32,000 nt of DNA from Propionibacterium freudenreichii subsp. freudenreichii (GCF_000940845.1 NZ_CP010341.1:2280001-2312000), one strand, 5' to 3'. Positions 23,136 through 32,000 are shown, counted from the first letter of the stretch. Translations and numbers: made by a program. The notes: generated by a model from the letters alone, not told the origin.

Positions 23136-24725
23136 ATGTCGACAAGCACGCGATTGGGCCGGCAACTGGAAGCTCCCGCACCCACATGGAACAAGTCCGC
23201 CGCCGTGGTGGTCGTCGGTGGTGGGGCCGCCGGATTGAGCGCCGCCCTCCCGTTGGCCGCCGCCCGCATCCCGGTGGTGCTGGTCTGCCGGTCGACGCTG
23301 CTCGACACCGCCACGGCCCGGTCGACGAGCCGCGGCATCGGCTGGCGCAATCCCCCGACGCGCGAACAGTTGGCGTCCGCAGGTGACGGCCTGGCCGACC
23401 CGACCGCCGCCGGACGCCTCATCGAGCAGGCCCCCGAGCTCCTCGACTGGCTGGACGCCCTGGCCCACCAGATCTCCAGCGTCGAACAAGACCCCCGCCA
23501 GCCACTGGGCATGACCATGCAGCGAACCCTGGCATCGGTGGCGCGCGTGCAGGAACTGCTGCCCGCCGGCACCCTGGCCATCGACACGCACAGCCGCGCC
23601 GTCGACGTGCTCACCGACGAGGACGGTCATGTGGCCGGACTGCGCGTGTCACGCGGCGATGGCACCATCGGCGACTACCGCGCCGGCACCGTGGTGCTCG
23701 CCACCGGTGGCGCCGCCCGCCTGTGGACGCACACCACTGCCCCCGCCCTCGCCAACGGCGACGGCCTGGCGATGGCCCTGCGCGCAGGGGCCGCACTGCG
23801 CGACCTCGAGTTCGTCTCCTTCGCCCCCACCGCCCTGAACGCCCCCCCAGAGGAACGACTGCCGGGCGAGGCCGCCGCCGAGATGGGCCCCACGCTGCGT
23901 CAGGCCGGCGCAGAACTGGTGGACGCCGCCGGCTCCACGATCGTTCCGCTGGACGAGAGCCAGCACCTGCCCGACCACGAGCTGGCGATCCGGCTGGCCG
24001 ACTGGATGGCCGCCTATCCCGGGGCAACGGCATTCCTCGACGCCCGCGGCATCGGCGATCAGGCCTGGCAATTGGCCCCGCACGTGGTGATGGCGCAGGC
24101 CTGCCGTGAGCATGGCATCAACCCGGCGCGCCAGGTGATCCCGGTGCGCCCTGCCGCCCAGGCCTTCGTGGGTGGCATCGCGATCAATGAGGTCGGCGCC
24201 ACCACGGTGCCGGGGCTCTATGCGGCCGGCGAGGTGGCATCGTCGGGCGCCAACGGGGCGTCCGGGCCCGCCGATGGCCTGCTGATCGACGCCCTGGTGG
24301 GCGGCACCGCCGTGGGACGCCACCTGGCGCAGGCCGAGCTGCCCGAGGCCGCCGACTCCACCGACCGCGCGCTGCGGGGCTTCCTGCCCACCGATGCCCT
24401 GGCCGGCGTGCGCACGAGCGCCGACGAGGCGCTGGGCCTGCGTCGCGAACACGAGAAGCTGCGCACCACCAGCGACTTCCTGGCCCGCCTGCCCCATGAG
24501 GAGGACTTCGGCGAGGACGAGCTCACCGGCACCAACCTGCAGGCGGTTGCCGCAGCCCTGGCGCAGGCGGCGATCGCCCGCCCCGAGAGCCGCGGCTGGC
24601 ATCGTCGCATCGACCACGCCGGTGCCAGCGACAAGTGGGCCAAGCATGTGGTGGTGAGCCTGGCTGACGATGGCACCCTGCAGGTGACCACCGCCGCTCT
24701 GGACAAGCCGGTGACCACGCGCTGA
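23136..24725 (+). CDS. FAD-binding flavoprotein of the L-aspartate oxidase / fumarate reductase family (NadB-like, divergent)
   Basis: ATG 23136 has AGGAGA 6 nt upstream. Dinucleotide motif VVVVGGGAAGLSAAL. VVLATGGAARLW...GDGLAMALRAGAALRDLEF and GLYAAGEVASSGANG align by eye to NadB. PESRGWH lies near the C-terminus. Confidence 0.7.
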   Translation: MSTSTRLGRQLEAPAPTWNKSAAVVVVGGGAAGLSAALPLAAARIPVVLVCRSTLLDTATARSTSRGIGWRNPPTREQLASAGDGLADPTAAGRLIEQAPELLDWLDALAHQISSVEQDPRQPLGMTMQRTLASVARVQELLPAGTLAIDTHSRAVDVLTDEDGHVAGLRVSRGDGTIGDYRAGTVVLATGGAARLWTHTTAPALANGDGLAMALRAGAALRDLEFVSFAPTALNAPPEERLPGEAAAEMGPTLRQAGAELVDAAGSTIVPLDESQHLPDHELAIRLADWMAAYPGATAFLDARGIGDQAWQLAPHVVMAQACREHGINPARQVIPVRPAAQAFVGGIAINEVGATTVPGLYAAGEVASSGANGASGPADGLLIDALVGGTAVGRHLAQAELPEAADSTDRALRGFLPTDALAGVRTSADEALGLRREHEKLRTTSDFLARLPHEEDFGEDELTGTNLQAVAAALAQAAIARPESRGWHRRIDHAGASDKWAKHVVVSLADDGTLQVTTAALDKPVTTR

Positions 24726-24735
24726 GGAGTCCAGG

Positions 24736-24759
24736 CCCGCATCAACAATTCAATGCGGG
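24736..24759. terminator. Weak stem-loop between convergent genes
   Basis: CCCGCAT (24736-24742), 10-nt AT-rich loop CAACAATTCA, ATGCGGG (24753-24759). It sits in the 50-bp gap between the NadB-like stop and the 1458-aa gene stop. Confidence 0.35.
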
Positions 24760-24775
24760 AGAACACCCGGGCCGC

Positions 24776-27700
24776 TCAGGCGCGCGCATTCACCGCATTT
24801 CCGTCGCCACGGGTGGCACCCAGCACTGAGGGCAGGTCGAGCGGCGAATCGGTGTCGAAGTCATTGCTCCAGCCCGCCAGCCCGGAATCCTCCGCATTCT
24901 TGTAGGCGGTGGCAATCATCAGCTTGATGCGGTTGAGCTGGTTCACCTCCGAGGCCCCGGGGTCGTAGTCGATCGAGGTGATGTTGGCCATCGGATAGCG
25001 CTCGCGCAGCGTCTTGAACATGCCGCGTCCCACCACGTGATTGGGAAGGCAGGCAAACGGCTGGGCGCAGATCACATTCGGCGTGCCGTGCTCGATGAGG
25101 TGCATCATCTCGGCCACCAACAGCCAGCCCTCACCAGCCTGGGTGCCCAGCGAGATCACCTGCTGCGCGCGCTGCGCCATCGTATGGATCGACTCAGGTA
25201 CATCGAACTTGCCGTGCGTGGCGGCCAAGGCCGCATTCGCGGTGCCCGACATCTGCTCGATGAACCACAGCGCCATCTTCTTGACGTGACGCGAGGTGCG
25301 TCCCAACCCGAAGTTCTCCCAGCGCCAATCGCCGGTCTCCATCGACTGCAGGAAGAATCCCATCAGCCCGGGCAGCACGGCCTCGCAACCTTCGTCCTCG
25401 ATCACGTCCACCAGGTTGTTGTTGGCGTCGGGCTGGAACTTCACCAGGATCTCGCCCACCACGCCCACGCGCGGCTTGCGCGGAATATCCAGCAGCGGCA
25501 ACTCATCGAATTCGTGCACCATCTGGCGACACAGCCACTTGAAGCTGAGCTTGCGTCCCTCGATGGCCGAATAGCGCGGCGTGGTCATGAATTCACACAC
25601 CAGCGCATTCCAGCGCTGATAGAGCGCCATTGCCGACCCTTCGTCGCGTTCATAGGGACGCACCCGCAGCAGCACATTCTGCAACAGGTCGGTGAGGATC
25701 AGGCCCTGCAATGCCGCATTCACGATGGTGGGGGTCATCTTGAAACCGGGGTTCGATTCCAGGCCCTGCGCCGAGATCGCCAGCACCGGCACCTGCGAGA
25801 AGCCGGCCGCAGCCAGCCCGCGGCGCAACATGCCGACATAGTTCGTGGCGCGGCACATGCCTCCGGTCTGGGTGATCGCCACCACCGACTTCTCGGGATC
25901 GCCACCACCATCGATGAACTTGTTGATGAGCTGCCCGATCACCATGATCGCCGGGAAGCAGGCGTCATTGTTCACATACTTCAGGCCGCATTCCATGTCC
26001 TCGCGGCTGGCATGCTCCAGCAGTTCCATCGTGTAGCCGTGGCGCTTGAACAGCGGGGCCAGCACGCGGAAGTGGATCGGCGCCATCTGGGGCAGGTAGA
26101 CGGTGTGGGTGGCCTTCATCTGCTTGGTGAACGCGGGCGTGGTGGCCGCCGGCACAGTGATCGGCTCGGAGGTGTCCACCTCGCTGGACACCGGACGCTC
26201 CGCGGCAGCCGCCTGCAGCGAGCGCAGCCGGATCTTCGCGGCACCCAGATTGGAGATCTCGTCGATCTTCAGCACGGTGTACACGTCGTCGCCCTGCTCG
26301 AGGATGTCCTGCACCTGGTCGGTGGTCACGGCGTCGACGCCGCAGCCGAACGAGTTGAGTTGCACCAGGTTGAGGTCGGGTTCGGAGCGCACTTGGCCGG
26401 CCGCCTCGTAGAGGCGCGTGTGGTAGACCCACTGGTCACGGGCACGCAGCGGACGCGAGAAGCCGGTGGTGGTCATGCCATTGGTCAGCGCGTCCTCGCT
26501 GAGCACCACCATGCCCAGCTGGGCGATGGTGTCGGGAATGCCGTGGTGGATCTCGGGATCGACATGGTAGGGACGTCCCGCCAGCACGATGCCGCGCATC
26601 TTGTGCTCGCGCATGTACTGCAACGCCCGGTCGCCCTCGGCCCTGATGTCGGCATGGGTGTGGGCCAGCTCGGCATATCCGGCAGTGACGGCCCGCTTGG
26701 CCTCGTCACGGGTGACATTCCAGTCGGCGAACTCCTCCACGAGCCGCTCGGCGAGCTTGTCGGGATCGTTCAGGTTGAGGAAGGGGTCCATGAAGCGCAC
26801 GCCGGGCTCACGCAGCCGGTCGATGTTCTTCTCCAGCACCTGCGGGTAGAACGCCACGATGGGGCAGTTGAAGTTGTTGTCGGCCTCGTCGAACTGCTTG
26901 AGCTCGTAGCTCACGCAGGGCATCCAGATGGTCTTGACGCCGCGGTCGAGCAGCCACTCGATGTGCCCGTGGGCCAGCTTGGCCGGGTAGCAGACGTTCT
27001 CGGAGGCGATCGACTCCATGCCGGCCTCGAACAGGTCGTGGTTGGAGCGTCCCGACAGCATCACCTTGAAGCCCAGCTCGGTGAGCACGGTGAACCACAG
27101 CGGATAGTCCTCGTACATGCCCAGCGCGCGCGGGATGCCGATCTCGCCACGGGTGGCCTTCGCGTCGGTCAGGCGCCGGTAGCCGAAGATGCGCTTGTAC
27201 TTGTAGTCGTACAGGTTCGGGATCTGCGACTTGCGGGGACGCGCCTCCAGCGACGCGCCGCGCTCGCACCGGTTGCCCGACACCTGGCGTCCACCATCGT
27301 CGAACAGGGTGATGGTGAGCTTGCAATGGTTCTGGCACAGCTGGCAGACGCGCTGGCTCGATTCCACGCTGAACGCGTCGAGGTCGCGGCTCATCATGGC
27401 CGACACCTCGCCGTCGACGGCATGTGACCTGGCCGTGAGTGCGGCACCGTAGGCGCCCATCAGGCCGGCGATGTTGGGACGCGTCACCTGCACGCCGGTG
27501 AGCAGCTCGAAGGCCCGCAACACCGCGTCGTTGAGGAAGGTGCCGCCCTGGGCCACCACATGGTCGCCCAGCTCGCCGGTGTCGCGCAGCTTCATCACCT
27601 TGTACAGGGCGTTGCGCACCACCGAATAGGACAGCCCGGCGGAGATGTCGCCCATGCCGGCGCCTTCCTTCTGGGCCTGCTTCACCGAGGAGTTCATGAA

Positions 27701-29152
27701 CACGGTGCAGCGGCTGCCCAGGTCGACCGGCGCGTCGGCAGCCAAGCCCTCCCTGGCGAACTCGCGTACGTCGGTGCCCATCGTCTGGGCGAAGGTCTGC
27801 AGGAAAGAGCCGCAGCCCGACGAGCAGGCCTCGTTGACGGCGATCGAGTCGACGACGCCGTTGCGAATGCGCAGGAACTTCATGTCCTGGCCGCCGATGT
27901 CGATCACCGAGGTGACCTCGGGACAGACGACCTTCGCGGCCCGGAAGTGGGCCATCGTCTCGATCTCACCCTCATCGGCGTGGATGGCGGTCTTCACCAG
28001 GTCCTCGCCGTAGCCGGTGACGCAGGCGCGCGCCAGGTTGGCGCCCGCCGGGAGCGCGCCGAGCACGGTGCGGGCGATGCCGACCGCGGCGGCCACCGGG
28101 TCGCCCTGGTTGGAGCCGTAGCTGGAGTGCACGATGGTGCCCTCATCGTCGATCACCACCGACTTGATGGTGGTGGAGCCGGCGTCGATGCCCAGGTAGA
28201 GGTGGCCCTTCGCGTCGGCCATCTCGCCCTGGGGGACGGTGGCCCTGGAGTGGCGCTCGATGAATTCGGCGCGTTCGGCGTCGTCGAGCAGCAGCGGACG
28301 CATGGTCTTCGACGCCACCGACACCTCATTGGCGCTGTCGAGTTCGGCGGCCAGGTGCGGCAACGACAGGGTGGGGCCGCCGGCCAGGAAGGCGGCGCCG
28401 ATCGCGACGTAGAGCTGGGCGTCGTCGGGGGTGATGTAGTCGTTCACATGGTCGCCGAGCACGCGGCGGAAGGCGGCCCGCAGCTCGGGCAGGAAGTGCA
28501 GCGGACCGCCCAGGAAGATCACCTTGCCGCGGATGGGACGCCCGCAGGCGAGCCCGGCAACGGTCTGGGTGGCCACGGCCTGGAACACCGAGGCGGCGAT
28601 GTCGGAGTGTGCGGCGCCCTGGTTGAGCAGCGGCTGCACGTCGGTCTTGGCGAATACGCCGCAGCGCGAGGCGATCGGGTAGAGGTGGTCGAACCGGGCC
28701 GCGAGCTCGTTGAGCCCGGGCGCATCGGTGTGCATCAGGGTGGCCATCTGATCGATGAAGGCCCCGGTGCCGCCGGCGCAGGAGCCGTTCATGCGCTGTT
28801 CGGGCGTGGGGTGCAGATAGGTGATCTTGGCGTCCTCGCCGCCCAGCTCGATCACCACGTCGGCCTCGGGGTTGAGGCGTTCGATGGCGGCGGTGGCGGC
28901 GATCACCTCCTGCTGGAAGTCGACGCCCATCATGCGGGCGACGCCCAGGCCACCCGAGCCGGTCATTGCCACCTTGAGCACGTCGTCGGGGAAGCGGTTG
29001 CGGATGTCGAGCAGCAGTCGCTTCATCTCGCCGCGTACGTCGGCGTTGTGGCGCCGGTAGTCGCTGAACACGATGCGCCCGCCGTCCATGACCACCGCTT
29101 TGACCGTGGTTGACCCCACGTCGAGGCCAAGACGCAGCGCATCGTCGCTCAT
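24776..29152 (-). CDS. Fusion protein: two BcrAD/BadFG-type (HgdC-like) activase ATPase domains plus a DUF2229 / 2-hydroxyacyl-CoA-dehydratase-like module
   Basis: 1458 aa.
- ASKHA phosphate-1 motifs: LGLDVGSTTVKAVV and LGIDAGSTTIKSVV.
- Cluster-binding regions: MNGSCAGGTGAFIDQ and VNEACSSGCGSFLQTF.
- Cys cluster: CQLCQNHCK...GNRCERG.
- DUF2229-like region: IGIPRALGMYEDYPLWFTVLTELGF...NVCYPAKLAHGHI.
- Dehydratase-like C-terminal half: NNDACFPAIMVIGQ, ITQTGGMCRATNY, ICAQPFACLPNHV. Confidence 0.85.
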   Translation of the reverse strand: MSDDALRLGLDVGSTTVKAVVMDGGRIVFSDYRRHNADVRGEMKRLLLDIRNRFPDDVLKVAMTGSGGLGVARMMGVDFQQEVIAATAAIERLNPEADVVIELGGEDAKITYLHPTPEQRMNGSCAGGTGAFIDQMATLMHTDAPGLNELAARFDHLYPIASRCGVFAKTDVQPLLNQGAAHSDIAASVFQAVATQTVAGLACGRPIRGKVIFLGGPLHFLPELRAAFRRVLGDHVNDYITPDDAQLYVAIGAAFLAGGPTLSLPHLAAELDSANEVSVASKTMRPLLLDDAERAEFIERHSRATVPQGEMADAKGHLYLGIDAGSTTIKSVVIDDEGTIVHSSYGSNQGDPVAAAVGIARTVLGALPAGANLARACVTGYGEDLVKTAIHADEGEIETMAHFRAAKVVCPEVTSVIDIGGQDMKFLRIRNGVVDSIAVNEACSSGCGSFLQTFAQTMGTDVREFAREGLAADAPVDLGSRCTVFMNSSVKQAQKEGAGMGDISAGLSYSVVRNALYKVMKLRDTGELGDHVVAQGGTFLNDAVLRAFELLTGVQVTRPNIAGLMGAYGAALTARSHAVDGEVSAMMSRDLDAFSVESSQRVCQLCQNHCKLTITLFDDGGRQVSGNRCERGASLEARPRKSQIPNLYDYKYKRIFGYRRLTDAKATRGEIGIPRALGMYEDYPLWFTVLTELGFKVMLSGRSNHDLFEAGMESIASENVCYPAKLAHGHIEWLLDRGVKTIWMPCVSYELKQFDEADNNFNCPIVAFYPQVLEKNIDRLREPGVRFMDPFLNLNDPDKLAERLVEEFADWNVTRDEAKRAVTAGYAELAHTHADIRAEGDRALQYMREHKMRGIVLAGRPYHVDPEIHHGIPDTIAQLGMVVLSEDALTNGMTTTGFSRPLRARDQWVYHTRLYEAAGQVRSEPDLNLVQLNSFGCGVDAVTTDQVQDILEQGDDVYTVLKIDEISNLGAAKIRLRSLQAAAAERPVSSEVDTSEPITVPAATTPAFTKQMKATHTVYLPQMAPIHFRVLAPLFKRHGYTMELLEHASREDMECGLKYVNNDACFPAIMVIGQLINKFIDGGGDPEKSVVAITQTGGMCRATNYVGMLRRGLAAAGFSQVPVLAISAQGLESNPGFKMTPTIVNAALQGLILTDLLQNVLLRVRPYERDEGSAMALYQRWNALVCEFMTTPRYSAIEGRKLSFKWLCRQMVHEFDELPLLDIPRKPRVGVVGEILVKFQPDANNNLVDVIEDEGCEAVLPGLMGFFLQSMETGDWRWENFGLGRTSRHVKKMALWFIEQMSGTANAALAATHGKFDVPESIHTMAQRAQQVISLGTQAGEGWLLVAEMMHLIEHGTPNVICAQPFACLPNHVVGRGMFKTLRERYPMANITSIDYDPGASEVNQLNRIKLMIATAYKNAEDSGLAGWSNDFDTDSPLDLPSVLGATRGDGNAVNARA

Positions 29153-29344
29153 AGGACACCCCTTTTGACGGGTCGTCTCCGCCCCCGCCGTCCAATTAGA
29201 ATGCTCGTTCTGTTTTCCATGGTAATCGTTATCCGCACCGTCGGCGAGGGCGGGCCGGGACTCGGGTGTGGCGCCGGGTTGAGCCCTGCGAGAACCCGGG
29301 TGCGGGGCGGAGGCGGGTTGCCGGGCGGACGCCGCGACGGCGAC

Positions 29345-31465
29345 TCAGGGGCCGACGGGCGCCGGCGCGGGAACCAGCCGCACCTGGGTGGCCTTCACCG
29401 AGCACCACAGCCGCTGGCCGACCGCCAGCTGCAGCTCGGCCCAGGCGGCCGGGGTGATGCGGGCCGAGATCACCGGACCGTCGTCGAGCGCGACACGCAC
29501 GGTGACAAGGCCTGATGCCGCATCGACCGCTTGCACGACGCCGGGCAGCAATGAGCGCGGGGAGCCCTGCTGGGGCACGCGGAACAACGAGACGGCCTCG
29601 GGCGCGAACACCAGCGACACCGGCGAACCCGGGGCCGGGAACCCGGCGCCGGGGGCCGTGCTGGCGGAAGGCATGCTGTCGGGAGGCATGCTGTCGGAAA
29701 GCGGGGTGTCGGGGGCCAGCGCGTCTGGAGGCAGCGCGCCCGGGAACAGCTCGCCTGGGGACAGAGTGCCGGGGAACAGGCTGTCGGGGTCGATGCGGGC
29801 CGCGGCCAGCCGGCGCGAGCCGATCGCGATGCCGGGCAGGGCGTCGGCACCCACGATCAGGGCGCCCGAGACGATGTTGAGGCCGGCCAGGCGGGCGGTG
29901 AAGTCGGTGGTCGGGGCGGCCAACAGCCGTGCCGGCTCGCCCTGCTCGGCCACCCGTCCATGCTCGAGCACCACCAGCCACGACGCCAGGCGCACCGCCT
30001 CCACCACGTCGTGGGTGATCAGCACGGTGGTGGTGCCGCGGTGGGCCAGCCGGTCGGCCAGCACCTGCGTCACCCGGGCGCGGGCCTGCACGTCGAGGGC
30101 CGAGGTGGGTTCGTCGAGGATCAGCAGCCGCGGGTCGAACACCAGCGCGCGGGCCAGCGAGACGCGGGCGGCCTGGCCTCCCGACAGCTCGTCGCCGCGC
30201 CGGAAGGCCAACTGATCTGCCCCGACCGCGGCCAACTGGGCGTGGGCGGCGCGTCGGGCCGCCGCACGCGGGACGCCCCGGGCGCGCAGCGGGTAGGCAA
30301 CATTGGCCAGCACGCTCAGGTGGGCGAACACCTGTGGGTCCTGGCGCACCATCGCCACCCCGCGGCGGCGCGCCGGGGTGAAGGTGGTGGCGGTGTCGTG
30401 CACCTGCGGCCCGATCGACGCCGTGCCGCTGTCGAGCGCCAACGCCCCGGCCAGCACCTGGGCCAGCGTCGACTTGCCGGCGCCGTTGCGTCCCATCACG
30501 GCCACCACGCGCCCGGCCGGGATGTCGAGCGACACCTGCCAGTCGCGGGCCGTGACCGCACCGTCGACATGCACCGGCACGGCGGCGGCGCGCTGTTGCC
30601 CGGCCGGGTCCGGCACATCGGTGGGCGTGGGCGACGCGGGCTCATCCTCGGCGGCCGGGCGGCGCCGACGCCCGGGCCACTCGGTGAGGGCGACGATCAC
30701 GGCGGCGGCCACGATGAGCACCACACCCAGCGTCAGTGCGGTGCCGGAGTCGGCCTCGCGGGCGAGGTAGATCTCCAGGGGCATGGTGCGCGTGACGCCC
30801 TGCAGCGAGCCGGCGAAGGTGAGGGTGGCGCCGAACTCGCCCAGGCAGCGGGCCAGCGCCAGGGCGGTGCCGCGGGCCAATCCGGTCGCCACGGTGGGCA
30901 GGGTGATGGTGAAAAGCACCCTGCTGGGGCCGGCGCCCAGGCCGGCAGCGGTCTGTTCGAGGCCCTGGGTGCGCGAACGCAGCGCCGCCTCCAGGGTGAT
31001 CACCAGGAACGGCAGGGAGACGAACACCTGGGCCATCACCACGGCGATCGTGGAGAAGGCGATGTGCACCCCGGCGGCCTCCAGGCCGGCGCCGAGGACG
31101 CCCTTGCGTCCGAAGGTCACCAGCAGCGCCAGGCCTGCCACCACCGGCGGCAACGACAGGGGCAGGGCGACGAGCACGCGGGCCACGCGCACCCCACGCC
31201 ACCGGCGCGACAGGGCGACGGCCGCGGGAACCCCGAGCACCAGGTCGATCACGATGGCGGCCGCGCAGGTGCGCACGCTCAGCCACAGGGCGTCGCGGGC
31301 ACTGTCGCTGGTGATCACCCGGCCGAAGCTGGCCCAGGGCACCTTGGCGCCCATGAACAGCAGCGGCACCACCAGGTAGGCCAGGGCCACGCCGGCCAGT
31401 GCCACCAGCCACCAGGGTGCTGGGGACACCCGTGGTGCGCGGCGGCGGGGCCGGGCGTCGTTCAC
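29345..31465 (-). CDS. Fused molybdate ABC transporter permease (ModB), ATPase (ModC) and TOBE/Mop domain
   Basis: 706 aa. The N-terminal ~270 aa form the permease (ALPLSLPPVVAGLALLVTFGRKG, EFGATLTFAGS). The ATPase has Walker A GRNGAGKST, signature LSGGQAARVSLARAL and Walker B LILDEPTSALD. The C-terminal TOBE-like segment is GVVQAVDAASGLVTVRVALDDGPVISARIT. The GTG start overlaps the modA stop (GTGA). Confidence 0.85.
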   Translation of the reverse strand: MNDARPRRRAPRVSPAPWWLVALAGVALAYLVVPLLFMGAKVPWASFGRVITSDSARDALWLSVRTCAAAIVIDLVLGVPAAVALSRRWRGVRVARVLVALPLSLPPVVAGLALLVTFGRKGVLGAGLEAAGVHIAFSTIAVVMAQVFVSLPFLVITLEAALRSRTQGLEQTAAGLGAGPSRVLFTITLPTVATGLARGTALALARCLGEFGATLTFAGSLQGVTRTMPLEIYLAREADSGTALTLGVVLIVAAAVIVALTEWPGRRRRPAAEDEPASPTPTDVPDPAGQQRAAAVPVHVDGAVTARDWQVSLDIPAGRVVAVMGRNGAGKSTLAQVLAGALALDSGTASIGPQVHDTATTFTPARRRGVAMVRQDPQVFAHLSVLANVAYPLRARGVPRAAARRAAHAQLAAVGADQLAFRRGDELSGGQAARVSLARALVFDPRLLILDEPTSALDVQARARVTQVLADRLAHRGTTTVLITHDVVEAVRLASWLVVLEHGRVAEQGEPARLLAAPTTDFTARLAGLNIVSGALIVGADALPGIAIGSRRLAAARIDPDSLFPGTLSPGELFPGALPPDALAPDTPLSDSMPPDSMPSASTAPGAGFPAPGSPVSLVFAPEAVSLFRVPQQGSPRSLLPGVVQAVDAASGLVTVRVALDDGPVISARITPAAWAELQLAVGQRLWCSVKATQVRLVPAPAPVGP

Positions 31466-32000
31466 TGGCCGGGAGTGGAGAAGCCGTGGGCGTCGAGCAC
31501 CTGGCGTCCGGCCGGCGAGGTCACCAGGGCGACGAACCGCCCGGCGAGGTCCTGCTGGCGCGAGGCGGTCACCGTGGCGATCGGGTAGTCGTTGACCACC
31601 TTGTCGGCATCGGCGATGGGAATCGTGTCCACGGCGTCGCCCGAGGCCATCGCATCGGTGCGGTAGACGATGCCGGCGTCGGCCTGGCCGGTGGACACCT
31701 TGGCGCGCACATCGGTCACCTTGTCCTCCTCACTGACCGGATGCAGCGTGACGCCGAGCAGCCCGGTGAGCTGGGTGGTCGCCGCGCCGCAGGGCACGGC
31801 CGGGGCGCAGATCACCAGCTTGGCGCTGTCGAGCGAGGAATCGAGTCCGGTGACATGGGCCGGGTTGCCGGCCGGCGTGATCAGGGTGAGCACATTGGAC
31901 GCGAAGGTGGTGGGTTGGCCCACCAGCTTCTTGTCGCTGGCCTTGGCCATGGTGGAGGTGTTCGCGGTGGCCAGCACATCGGCCGGCGCCCCGTTGTCGA
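31462..32000 (-). CDS. modA: Molybdate-binding protein, C-terminal ~179 aa; 5' end lies right of the window
   Basis: The frame stays open to the right edge (upstream codons read ..DNGAPAD before the track's GTG). Motifs: GAPADVLATAN, GQADAGIVYRTD, NDYPIATV. Confidence 0.85.
   Translation of the reverse strand, partial: DNGAPADVLATANTSTMAKASDKKLVGQPTTFASNVLTLITPAGNPAHVTGLDSSLDSAKLVICAPAVPCGAATTQLTGLLGVTLHPVSEEDKVTDVRAKVSTGQADAGIVYRTDAMASGDAVDTIPIADADKVVNDYPIATVTASRQQDLAGRFVALVTSPAGRQVLDAHGFSTPGQ

Noticed and set aside
25037-29113. 796-aa and 517-aa plus-strand ORFs antisense to the 1458-aa gene.
   Set aside because: Their composition is repetitive (H/L/G/R/V/D-rich) with no motifs. The minus strand is clearly coding across the whole interval.
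29195-29240. Exact -35/-10 assignment and the AGAAtgctcgTTCT dyad upstream of the 1458-aa gene.
   Set aside because: The best hexamers (TTACCA, 19-nt spacer, TCTAAT) have poor spacing and lack the conserved A at position 2. The dyad has only 4-bp arms. I report only an AT-rich probable promoter region within the finding.
1-32000. tRNA, rRNA or tmRNA genes.
   Set aside because: No intergenic segment shows a T-loop-like GGTTCGAATCC or cloverleaf-sized structure. All gaps are accounted for by repeats, hairpins or leaders, although a by-eye scan is not exhaustive.

Overview
The window is very GC-rich, with codon third positions almost all G/C. Gene content looks like a high-GC actinobacterium, possibly Propionibacteriales, but that is inference only because no search was possible. 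Most of it is core metabolism. Left to right:
- malQ 3' end.
- A frameshifted DUF559/AbiEi-like gene bracketed by palindromic repeats.
- pntAB transhydrogenase (minus strand).
- A MarR-type regulator with a long DRP-repeat N-terminus, followed by a DrrAB-like ABC exporter.
- A complete divergent sulfate-assimilation locus: sbp-cysT-cysW-cysA on minus, sir-cysH-cysD-cysN on plus. About 790 bp of lower-GC non-coding DNA separates the two operons.
- rpiB, then a SAM-methyltransferase/VIT-family pair.
- An IS481-family insertion sequence.
- A stand-alone NadB-like flavoprotein whose catalytic motifs look substituted.
- A 1458-aa fusion of two BcrAD/BadFG-type activase ATPases with a 2-hydroxyacyl-CoA-dehydratase-like (DUF2229) module.
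- modA and a fused modB-modC-TOBE gene.

I saw no rRNA, tRNA or CRISPR array.

The structure least explained by ordinary annotation is a set of two related palindromic repeat families at seven intergenic loci. They share a CACTNAGTG terminal motif. One copy is split by the IS481 element and two copies bracket the DUF559 pseudogene.

Other leads:
- A candidate leaderless Cys-Cys short ORF upstream of the sulfite reductase operon.
- Tandem hairpin repeats at the rpiB 3' end.
- An orphan terminator between two repeats.
- A GGTCACG direct-repeat array upstream of the NadB-like gene.

All functional calls rest on motifs I recognised by eye in the supplied translations. No database search or RNA folding was run.
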